Assembly (NCBI GenBank): GCA_041649155.1
Contig: JBAZNP010000001.1
Span: 238,564 to 302,563, forward strand
Source: Patescibacteria group bacterium
GTDB taxonomy: Bacteria; Patescibacteriota; UBA1384; XYA2-FULL-43-10; 1-14-0-10-43-13
DNA length: 64,000 bases
Reading direction: 5' to 3'
Below the pieces are notes generated by a model. That model saw nothing but the letters and a program-made list of their open reading frames with translations, ran no database searches and had not been told where the DNA came from. Shown piece by piece: positions 18,606 to 26,509 of the stretch. The first letter of the stretch is position 1. The number at the start of each line of letters is the position of its first letter. The position numbers were made by a program, and so were the translations under genes.

Positions 18606-20404
18606 GGTTTCACCACGTTATCTTTTCCTTCTTCTCCATTTTTCTTTTTAAGTATCGCTGCGAGTTCCTTGGTCCTTTCGAATATGTCTTGGATTTCCTC
18701 TTTCGACAAAACAACGTTTCCTTCAGAATCAACGTGTTCATACGTTGCCTGGTCACTAAATAATGCCTTCTTACTGGTCTCTTCAAGGTCTGCGTCGAAC
18801 TTTAGGTCTCTGCCTATAACCTTAGATTTTCTGGCAGAAGTCCCTGGAAGCGGAACAAAGACGTGTGCTTCAAGTTCACTGATTAGCCCTTCATCAACGA
18901 GTTTTTTCAAGAAAGCCAACGATTGTTCTTCCCTTTCTTTGGTAGCTCCTGGCAATCCGATAATCCAAAAAGCACCAACACCGATTCCTGCTTCTTTCAA
19001 GCGTCTGCAAGCTGGTTCTACCCATTCAACCTCTGTATCCTTCAAACTAGCGTCCAATATCTCTTGAGAACCGCTCTCAATTCCCAACAGGACAAAGTTC
19101 ACCCCACTCTCTCTCATATCACCTAAAACTCTTTCTGGCTCACCAATTAGAGTATTGGCCCTTGGATTTCTTCTTTTTTCAACAGCTTCATTTTCCCTTC
19201 CTCGAAGATGACCGACTCTTGCTTGAGCAATAAAGTTGATGTCAGGATATTGTTGATGGATTTCTTTGAGTATGGGTTCGATAACTTCAAACACTGTCTT
19301 TTTCTCTACTGCTTCCGATTCTTTGTCAGTGACTTTTCCATCAGCGTCAAACCATAGCTCAAGCAGTAAGTCATCATCCAATATACCAACATTTTTCTCT
19401 CTGCCTTCTCTTTTATTTACCGCTTCAGCAACGTAACCCAATTCTTCTCTGAAGGACTCAAGCCCTATGTTTGTTATAAAATGACGATACATTTCGCTAC
19501 TCGTACAGAAAGCACAGCGCCCAAGGCAACCTCTAGCAAATAAAACATAATGGTTGAAGTCGCCAATATCAGTCCCTTCTGGAAGAATTACTTTGTCATA
19601 GTTCAAAGGTCCGATTTCTACTGGATTGCCTCGTTCCCTCCGACCAGTTCGTTTAACTTCTTCTCCACCCCAATAGCTCAATCCCTTGATTGACGATAAA
19701 TCAACTGGCGCATCCTCGCCCTGTTTTTTCATCTCTTCCATTAAATCCAGCATTGTCCATTCGCCCTCATAATCGATAATGGCATCAGCTCCAACTCCCT
19801 CTGGCGAAAGCATCTGTTTTCTTGAGTTTTCATCGAATGACGCAGCATTTCCACCAATAACAACTAACGTGTCAGGAAAGTTTTGTTTAATATACCTGGC
19901 CATTGCTAAAACAGAGCGCTCTGTAGGCGAAAACATATAGCTAAATGCAATTACTTTCGGATTTCTTTCTTCAATCAATTTATGTACAGTTTCACGCATC
20001 TTGGTAACGAAAAAAACTTCGTTGGCGACTCCCCTTTGAAGCTGTTGAGTTGATTCTTGTTCAGTAGGAGCAAAATTATCTCCAATTATCTGATTTATCT
20101 CGTCCCTACCTCCGATAAAATCCTGGTTTATAAAAGCATCCATAGGGACAACATTCGCCTCAAATCCCTTCCTGCCTAGTAATGTTGCAACACTTAATGC
20201 GCCTCTTGGGATTTCTTTGCTCATTCCTGAATCATCAAGCGCTTGTCCAGACAGTTCAGGGTCAGAATGAAAAGGAGCATCGAAAATAAGAATGTCAGAT
20301 TGTTCTGGGGGCAATTTTTCCTTACTTTCAATTTGTTGAATTGATTCTGGCTGTTCTATATCTGTTTCTTCTTGATGGAAACCACCACTGCTTTCTATGC
20401 TCAT
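18602..20404 (-). CDS. Cobalamin-binding radical SAM enzyme (class B radical SAM)
   Basis: 600 aa. N-terminal B12-binding-like Rossmann region (KVIAFSYMFS...LVVIGGNAASF) followed by a radical SAM core with FARGCLGRCAFCTS (CxxxCxxC). Confidence 0.75.
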   Translation of the reverse strand: MSIESSGGFHQEETDIEQPESIQQIESKEKLPPEQSDILIFDAPFHSDPELSGQALDDSGMSKEIPRGALSVATLLGRKGFEANVVPMDAFINQDFIGGRDEINQIIGDNFAPTEQESTQQLQRGVANEVFFVTKMRETVHKLIEERNPKVIAFSYMFSPTERSVLAMARYIKQNFPDTLVVIGGNAASFDENSRKQMLSPEGVGADAIIDYEGEWTMLDLMEEMKKQGEDAPVDLSSIKGLSYWGGEEVKRTGRRERGNPVEIGPLNYDKVILPEGTDIGDFNHYVLFARGCLGRCAFCTSSEMYRHFITNIGLESFREELGYVAEAVNKREGREKNVGILDDDLLLELWFDADGKVTDKESEAVEKKTVFEVIEPILKEIHQQYPDINFIAQARVGHLRGRENEAVEKRRNPRANTLIGEPERVLGDMRESGVNFVLLGIESGSQEILDASLKDTEVEWVEPACRRLKEAGIGVGAFWIIGLPGATKEREEQSLAFLKKLVDEGLISELEAHVFVPLPGTSARKSKVIGRDLKFDADLEETSKKALFSDQATYEHVDSEGNVVLSKEEIQDIFERTKELAAILKKKNGEEGKDNVVKP

Positions 20405-20418
20405 TTATGCCTCAACTT

Positions 20419-21450
20419 TCAAAGGTTATTTATGATGCTCTTATCAACCGCATCGTCGATATTTGGTTTAGATTTTATCGAACCAATTTCGAGAAAAGCA
20501 TTGCTGAAAGTATCAGCAACGTCAAAGAACTTTCCCTTCTGATTTCCGACTCCAAAATACGTCTTATTTTCATCAAGCATCGGCCACTTAACACCTGTAA
20601 TTAGGTCAGCAAACTCAGAAGTTGACACGTTATAATGTTTGGCCATTATCTCGTTTGATTCTTGAGGATTAGCTTTCCAATAATCGAGCGCCTTAAACCA
20701 ACCTCTCACAACCTTTTTAACTGTATCTGGGTGATTTTTTAGATAACTTGCGTTTATTGACAAGGTATCAACAATTACTCCTGGTTCATCCGCACTGCTA
20801 ACCAACACTTTACCATCTTTTCTTTCTTTCGCCTTTGAAAGCCAGGGTTCAAATGTAACCGCTGCATCGACTTGTCCAGAAGCAAAGGCAGCTCCAGCCG
20901 CACCAGATTCAGTGTCTACTTCATCAACGTCAGATAAAGACATACCATTTTTCTTTAGAACATACATTAGGAAACTTTCACCGACAAAGTTTTTCTGGAC
21001 AGCAATTTTTTTGCCTTTCAAACCTTGGACGGTTTTGATGTCATTTTTCGTTACAATTCCATCAGCACCGTTGGATTCATCTACTTGTAAAACAGTTACA
21101 GATGGCACGCCTTCATCCCTCGAGAGAACCAATAAATCGACTGTGTCACCCAAACCGTCAACAGTCCCATTCATCATTGCAGCTTTTCTCTGGGCTGTAT
21201 CTTCGAGAGTCGTGATATTAACATTAACACCTTCATCTTTGAAAAACCCTTTTTCTTGGGCAAGGTATAATGGGCCGTAGCCAACCCAAGTATTCACGCT
21301 TAAATTAAACTGGTCCAGTCCCTCCGAACCCTTATTGTTTTTGTGATACAAAAAGTAAACTCCACCAGCAATAAGTCCTACTAAAATGACACCGAGAAAA
21401 GCAATTAACCATTTTCTTTTTGAATTGTCAGGTGAGATTTCGTCTTCCAT
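20419..21450 (-). CDS. NMT1/SsuA-type periplasmic substrate-binding protein with N-terminal membrane anchor
   Basis: 343 aa, single N-terminal TM helix, SsuA/ThiY-like fold motifs (GKKIAVQKNFVGESF...DAAVTFEPWL). Confidence 0.7.
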   Translation of the reverse strand: MEDEISPDNSKRKWLIAFLGVILVGLIAGGVYFLYHKNNKGSEGLDQFNLSVNTWVGYGPLYLAQEKGFFKDEGVNVNITTLEDTAQRKAAMMNGTVDGLGDTVDLLVLSRDEGVPSVTVLQVDESNGADGIVTKNDIKTVQGLKGKKIAVQKNFVGESFLMYVLKKNGMSLSDVDEVDTESGAAGAAFASGQVDAAVTFEPWLSKAKERKDGKVLVSSADEPGVIVDTLSINASYLKNHPDTVKKVVRGWFKALDYWKANPQESNEIMAKHYNVSTSEFADLITGVKWPMLDENKTYFGVGNQKGKFFDVADTFSNAFLEIGSIKSKPNIDDAVDKSIINNL

Positions 21451-21463
21451 ACTTACTCCCTTT

Positions 21464-22231
21464 CTATTTAATTATGGCTTTTGATTCAAATAACTCAAAC
21501 TTCACTGGGTGGGTTTCTACGGATTCAACACTTGCAATCGTACGAAATGTAAACCCATTATTTTTTATAAGCTCCTTTAACTTTTCAATATGCCCTAGCG
21601 TTGAAGAAAAACCGATTAGCAATCGGCCACCTTCTTTTAAGTGATTTTTTGCCTCTTCGATAAAAGTTCTTGTTGATTTGTATCCAGGGTCAAAAACTGC
21701 TTTTTCTAGGGTTGTGACATCTTCATTTTCAGTATATCCAAAAGGAGTATTCCAAAAAACCGTATCGAATTTTTTATCACCGATTGGAGAGTAAAGATTC
21801 CCTTCGTAAACGCTAACTTGTTTTTCCATCTTGTGTATTTTAGCGTTCTCCTGTGTGTTTTTAACTGCATCAGGATTTATATCAACAGCGGCCACTATAG
21901 CGCCCTTCAATGCCATCCAAACGCTAACGACACCACTTCCTGGCCCAATTTCCAAAAACTCTTCGCCCTGTTCCACAAAAATCTCTTTAGCAAAAAACTC
22001 TGTGTCAAAAAAATACTTTGGGCTGAAAACATTTGGATAAACTATAAACTTTTTGCCTAATATCTCTACCCAGTAAGGCGAAGTTTCTTTTTGGCTTTCA
22101 TCAAGGACCTTTTTAGTGCCATCAAGATATTTTTTCTTTTCTTTCATACAAAACTTCCAATCGATAATTATACGATTAGTATCTACATAAATTATAGCAC
22201 TGTCGGCTACTATCTGTCGACTTGTCAACAA
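21464..22231 (-). CDS. Class I SAM-dependent methyltransferase (small-domain MTase family)
   Basis: Gly-rich SAM site LEIGPGSGVV, an acidic residue ending beta-2 (VDIN), and an NTPF tetrad in the position of the NPPY/DPPF motif. Confidence 0.6.
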   Translation of the reverse strand: MLTSRQIVADSAIIYVDTNRIIIDWKFCMKEKKKYLDGTKKVLDESQKETSPYWVEILGKKFIVYPNVFSPKYFFDTEFFAKEIFVEQGEEFLEIGPGSGVVSVWMALKGAIVAAVDINPDAVKNTQENAKIHKMEKQVSVYEGNLYSPIGDKKFDTVFWNTPFGYTENEDVTTLEKAVFDPGYKSTRTFIEEAKNHLKEGGRLLIGFSSTLGHIEKLKELIKNNGFTFRTIASVESVETHPVKFELFESKAIIK

Positions 22232-22256
22232 TACCTTTGCAAACTAGAATTAAGAT

Positions 22257-22982
22257 ATGAAACTAGAAGAACACCTTTCTTTTTTACTTAATGATAACTC
22301 GTTCAAAAAGATTATTTTTGATTTGAGAAAACAAGTAGGTATTTCAGAAGATGGCTTCAAAAAAGACGAGGATTTTAATTCCTGGAATGAAACTTATTCC
22401 GCTGATGCCCTGCAAAAAATAGTAAAAAGCCCAGGGACTATAATTGATGAAACATCACAAAAACTCATTCGCAGTTTAAGCGAGGCGGAAGACAAAAAAA
22501 TTGATAAGCGAAAACTTGATGCAATTGTTTCCAAAGTACTAAAAAAATATAAATTGCCAAGTGCTGCCAGTCAGAGCATATTAAGCTTCTTGATTTTCAA
22601 TAAAATTGAAGTAACCCCAGACAAGACCAAAAATTATAAAGCTTTTTTGTCTTATGAAGATGGTCAGTGGAATCTCTATTTGAAATTGTCAGGAATATGT
22701 CGAGCTGAAGACATCTCCTGGAAAAAAGACATTCGACCTTTGCAAAAGTTCCTGGCTGATTACACAGGCAGCTTACGACCATTAAAAGATGCGAGCGATT
22801 ATAAATTGATTACCTCTAAGAGAAACTCTAAAACAAAAAGGAAGTGGAAAGGGATTGCTTATAGCTCGTTGCCTGAAGAAATTAACTTAATTGATAGCAG
22901 CGAAAGTAAAGTTCTGGTCAATAAAAGAAAAAACCAACTCAAAGCGAAAAACGCTCGTTTAAGAAGGAAATTGAACACTTAA
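22257..22982 (+). CDS. Hypothetical basic protein
   Basis: 241 aa, Lys-rich, no motif recognised. Confidence 0.3.
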   Translation: MKLEEHLSFLLNDNSFKKIIFDLRKQVGISEDGFKKDEDFNSWNETYSADALQKIVKSPGTIIDETSQKLIRSLSEAEDKKIDKRKLDAIVSKVLKKYKLPSAASQSILSFLIFNKIEVTPDKTKNYKAFLSYEDGQWNLYLKLSGICRAEDISWKKDIRPLQKFLADYTGSLRPLKDASDYKLITSKRNSKTKRKWKGIAYSSLPEEINLIDSSESKVLVNKRKNQLKAKNARLRRKLNT

Positions 22983-23027
22983 AACCTCCGAAATAAACGT
23001 AACCTGGTAAATAGGTCTATTTTGTTA

Positions 23028-23049
23028 CGCTTAGCGTAGCGTTTTTTTA
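23028..23049 (+). terminator. Rho-independent terminator after the 22257..22982 gene
   Basis: Hairpin ACGCT-tagcgt-AGCGT followed by TTTTTTT. Confidence 0.5.
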
Positions 23050-23274
23050 ATTGAAAACACTTCAAGTCGCGGAGGTCCTGTCAGCTGGATTGCATTGCGA
23101 CTCAAAATAAGTTTGCAGGAGAACTGGCCCCATACGCAAAACCACACGGATACCTCATTCTCAGGCAGTCAGTAGTAAGTATTTAATCTTAATAACTTAA
23201 ATACCTACTGCCTAGAAAAGGAAACGGCTGGAAGGCGGAGGGAGGGTCTAATAGTAGGAATCTGGAGGTAATAA

Positions 23275-23454
23275 ATGAGTCAACAAATCGTCAAAAAGAC
23301 AAAGCAAATCAGAATCAGCACAGAGCTGCACAAGCTTTTGAAAGTCGAAGCGGCAGAAGCTGGTAAATCAATCAAAACCGTCCTGGAGGAGAAGCTGGAC
23401 TTTGTACCCCCTACCCCCACTTGCGAAGCAAGCGAAGAGGGTTCAGATGAGTAA
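23275..23454 (+). CDS. Ribbon-helix-helix (CopG/Arc-like) DNA-binding protein, 59 aa, not in ORF track
   Basis: MSQQIVKKTKQIRISTELHKLLKVEAAEAGKSIKTVLEEKL... has the beta-strand / helix / helix pattern of RHH regulators. Its stop overlaps the next ORF's start (ATGA). Confidence 0.55.
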   Translation: MSQQIVKKTKQIRISTELHKLLKVEAAEAGKSIKTVLEEKLDFVPPTPTCEASEEGSDE

Positions 23455-23818
23455 GTGCAGCTTTATCAAAAAAGACGGTAACAAGTGCAGAGCTAATGCA
23501 ATGCACGATTCAAAGCTTTGTTTTGTTCATAATCCAGAGTGCGAAACAGAAAGACAAAAAGCCATCGTTGACGGAGGCAAGCAAACCAGAAAGCCGAGAG
23601 TATCAACGGAGGCAATAACGCTTGAGAAGATTGAGGATATTCTACCCTTTCTTAACAAGCTCATCAACGAGGTCAGGCGTGGGGATTTAACTTCAAAATC
23701 GGCAAATGCAATCGGTTATTTAATTAACATCGCAATTGATGCCCTTAAACAAACGGACATCGAACGAAGATTAAAGGAGATAGAAAATGCAATCAAATTA
23801 CGAGAAAAAGAGCTTTGA
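23447..23818 (+). CDS. Hypothetical protein (element cargo)
   Basis: 124 aa counted from the ATG overlapping the RHH stop. N-terminal Cys/His cluster (CSFIKKDGNKCRANAMHDSKLCFVHNPEC) that could be a zinc-binding motif. Confidence 0.35.
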   Translation: MSKCSFIKKDGNKCRANAMHDSKLCFVHNPECETERQKAIVDGGKQTRKPRVSTEAITLEKIEDILPFLNKLINEVRRGDLTSKSANAIGYLINIAIDALKQTDIERRLKEIENAIKLREKEL

Positions 23819-24404
23819 GCTTTTTGACAAGCTGGACATTTACGAAAAGTACAAGGTGATGATGTCCGAAAAAAGCGTTGTGAATACCAGGACTTTGCGG
23901 TCCAGGTTATCAACGGAGGAAGAGCAACAATTTTGGCAGATTTTAGACGATAGCAAAAAGTTTGCTCAAAACCTCAAGGAGTTATTGCTGTTGTCCTTAC
24001 TCAGAAAAGACGTTATGCAGGATATTTTGAAACTGCACCTCAAGCTCGTCGAGGACCAACCATTCAGAAAAACCGATGATGAACTTTTGGAAATCGTTAG
24101 TCAAATAAAAGATTCTGGGGCGGAGCTGGATAAATTAAACAATCAAATGCTTGAACTAATCGAAGAGACGGAATCATTGCAGCAATCCCTGCACCGCCTG
24201 AATTATCCTATCGCTTTTACTCCTGAAATGAATCCAGAAAAGATACGAATACAAGCAGAATTGTTTAAGGGGCTAACCGACATCGAAAATCCACAAGTTT
24301 TTATTCAGCAAGCGAGAGCTTTGGAAGTTCGAGAAATGGTTCAAGGTAATGAGTTAAGAGAAAACTTTATCAATCAAATCAATAAATGGCTTGAGGTCAT
24401 TTAA
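23787..24404 (+). CDS. Hypothetical protein (element cargo)
   Basis: 205 aa, predicted helical / coiled-coil, no motif recognised. Confidence 0.3.
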   Translation: MQSNYEKKSFELFDKLDIYEKYKVMMSEKSVVNTRTLRSRLSTEEEQQFWQILDDSKKFAQNLKELLLLSLLRKDVMQDILKLHLKLVEDQPFRKTDDELLEIVSQIKDSGAELDKLNNQMLELIEETESLQQSLHRLNYPIAFTPEMNPEKIRIQAELFKGLTDIENPQVFIQQARALEVREMVQGNELRENFINQINKWLEVI

Positions 24405-24422
24405 GGAATTAAGAGTTTAGCA

Positions 24423-24602
24423 ATGAAGCGAGTAATGCCAATTAAAACCGAGTTCAAACTACTGGAAAACGACGAAACAAAGAGTCGTGTTCAGTTGGCA
24501 TATAATCGCATCTTTACCATTGCTAATCAGAATCTTATGAAGCAAGAAATGGCAAAAAGGCAAGCAAAAAAGAAAGGAGGTATTGACAGTAATGTACAGT
24601 AA
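24423..24602 (+). CDS. Small hypothetical protein, 59 aa, not in ORF track
   Basis: MKRVMPIKTEFKLLENDETKSRVQLAYNRIFTIANQNLMKQEMAKRQAKKKGGIDSNVQ. Position and size fit a phage-type small regulator. Confidence 0.3.
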   Translation: MKRVMPIKTEFKLLENDETKSRVQLAYNRIFTIANQNLMKQEMAKRQAKKKGGIDSNVQ

Positions 24603-24639
24603 AGTACAATAAGAGTACATAAACAAAGGAGAGCTGATT

Positions 24640-24813
24640 ATGGAAAAACAAGAAAATGAGTTCCTAACCGTTGAAGAAGTAGCTGAAAAATATCGAGTCG
24701 CTGTTGCTACAATCTACCGAATGGTTAGAAAAGGAGAAATCCCAGCCATCAAGTTTGGCAAAGTGTGGAGAATTAAAAAGAACGAACTGGAAGAAAAATT
24801 AAGCAATAAATAA
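24640..24813 (+). CDS. xis: Excisionase / AlpA-family helix-turn-helix protein (57 aa), not in ORF track
   Basis: MEKQENEFLTVEEVAEKYRVAVATIYRMVRKGEIPAIKFGKVWRIKKNELEEKL matches the excisionase-family HTH_17 pattern (LT..E.A..L.VS..TIYR....G..P..K.G..WR.....L). It lies directly upstream of the serine recombinase. Confidence 0.7.
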   Translation: MEKQENEFLTVEEVAEKYRVAVATIYRMVRKGEIPAIKFGKVWRIKKNELEEKLSNK

Positions 24814-24868
24814 AACAAAGCCAGAGTCCTAACGACGAATTAGAAGCACTCTGGCTAAGGAGGAGTCA

Positions 24869-26509
24869 ATGTCCCCAATTCATAATACAAAAGAGAGCGA
24901 AAGTTCTCAACCCCTCATTGCAGGAATGTACGCTCGTGTTTCGACAGGACGACAGGAGCAAGAGGAAACCATCGAATCACAACTCGATGAAATTAAATCA
25001 AAAATAGAAGAAGACGGAAACATCTTGCCAAGCGAGAACGTATTTGTTGACGATGGCTGGAGCGGCGAGATTTTCATTCGTCCAGAGCTTGATAAGCTCA
25101 GAGATGCCATCAGAGCAAAAACGTTTCAGGTGTTATATGTCTATGACCGAGGAAGAATTGCTCGAAAGTTCGCCTATCAAGAGATTGTTTTAGAAGAGTT
25201 AATCAACGCTGAAATACAATTCATCACATTGCACGACTCGCCAGGCAATACACCTGAAGAAAAAGTCCTACAAGCGATGCAGGGAGTTTTTGCGGAGTAT
25301 GAACGTATCAAGATTTATGAAAGATTTCGACGAGGTAAACTTTATAAGGCGAAAAGCAAGATTCTGATAAACGGTCATTCGCTTTATGGCTACAACTACA
25401 TTAAGAAAACCGAAGAAGTCCCAGCTCATTACGAAATCAACGAGGAAGAAACCAGAATAGTCCGAATGATATTTGAATGGGTTGGAGTCGAACAAATATC
25501 CTTACGAGAAGTTATAAGACGTTTGTATGACCTTGGAATACCGCCCAGAAAGCACAAGAGCGAGTTTTGGACCAAAGGCCCTATTGTTCGCCTTTTACAG
25601 TGCGAGGCGTACTCTAAGGGCAAAATCTACTATAATAAATCGGAGGCAGTAGTTCCGAAAAAGCCACTGAAGGATACCAAATACAGAAAAATCAAAAGAA
25701 GCAGTCGTAAAGTTCGGCCACGTGAAGAATGGTATGCTTTCGACGTTCCAACCATACTTGAAGATAATGGCCTATTTGAAAAAGTCCAGGAAATCCTTAG
25801 CTCCAATCAGAAATACGCCACCAAAAATCGAAAGTACGAGTACCTTTTGACCAGCAAAGTATATTGTACGTGTGGTAGCCCTCGTGCAGGTGATGGAAGC
25901 AATGCTGGTGGTCATCATTATTATCGTTGTGCTGAACGCATCTATAAGTTCCCAAAAGAGCACAAGTGCAAGCTTCCAGGCGTAAACGCAGAGGTACTAG
26001 ATAAAACGCTCTGGGATAATCTGCTAAAGTTTATGAGCAATCCAGTGCCGCTGCAGCAAGCTGCTGAAGAATATCTCAAGTTTGAAACCGAAAAGGGGTG
26101 TAATTCGGAACGTGAAGAAAAGCAGATTGCAGCTTACGTTGCCAAAATTCAAGAGGAAGAAAAACGCTACGCCAAAGCATACGGCACGGAAGCGATTGAC
26201 TTTGAAAGCTTCAAAGACCTGATGAAAGAGTGCAAGAAAAGGACGCAATCTTATACAAAGCAGCTCAAAGAGATTCAGAGTAAAAAAGAAGAGTCAAAAA
26301 TAAATCCGTCAAAGCTAAACCAGCTTTGCCAAGAAGCTCGAAAAGTGCTAGAATTACTAGATATAAGCAACAAAATACAGATAGTCAGAGATTTAATTGA
26401 TAAAGTAACGATAAAAGAAGATAGAAAGGTAGAGGTATTGGGTCATATACCCTTAATGCCCCTAAAGTTGGAATATGAACCTATCAGTCGGGATCGTCGG
26501 CCTCCCTAA
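24869..26509 (+). CDS. Large serine recombinase (serine integrase)
   Basis: N-terminal resolvase catalytic domain (YARVSTGRQ, catalytic Ser), a recombinase domain, then a zinc-ribbon-like Cys cluster (CTCGS...CAERIYKFPKEHKCKLPG) and a coiled-coil region. Confidence 0.9.
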   Translation: MSPIHNTKESESSQPLIAGMYARVSTGRQEQEETIESQLDEIKSKIEEDGNILPSENVFVDDGWSGEIFIRPELDKLRDAIRAKTFQVLYVYDRGRIARKFAYQEIVLEELINAEIQFITLHDSPGNTPEEKVLQAMQGVFAEYERIKIYERFRRGKLYKAKSKILINGHSLYGYNYIKKTEEVPAHYEINEEETRIVRMIFEWVGVEQISLREVIRRLYDLGIPPRKHKSEFWTKGPIVRLLQCEAYSKGKIYYNKSEAVVPKKPLKDTKYRKIKRSSRKVRPREEWYAFDVPTILEDNGLFEKVQEILSSNQKYATKNRKYEYLLTSKVYCTCGSPRAGDGSNAGGHHYYRCAERIYKFPKEHKCKLPGVNAEVLDKTLWDNLLKFMSNPVPLQQAAEEYLKFETEKGCNSEREEKQIAAYVAKIQEEEKRYAKAYGTEAIDFESFKDLMKECKKRTQSYTKQLKEIQSKKEESKINPSKLNQLCQEARKVLELLDISNKIQIVRDLIDKVTIKEDRKVEVLGHIPLMPLKLEYEPISRDRRPP

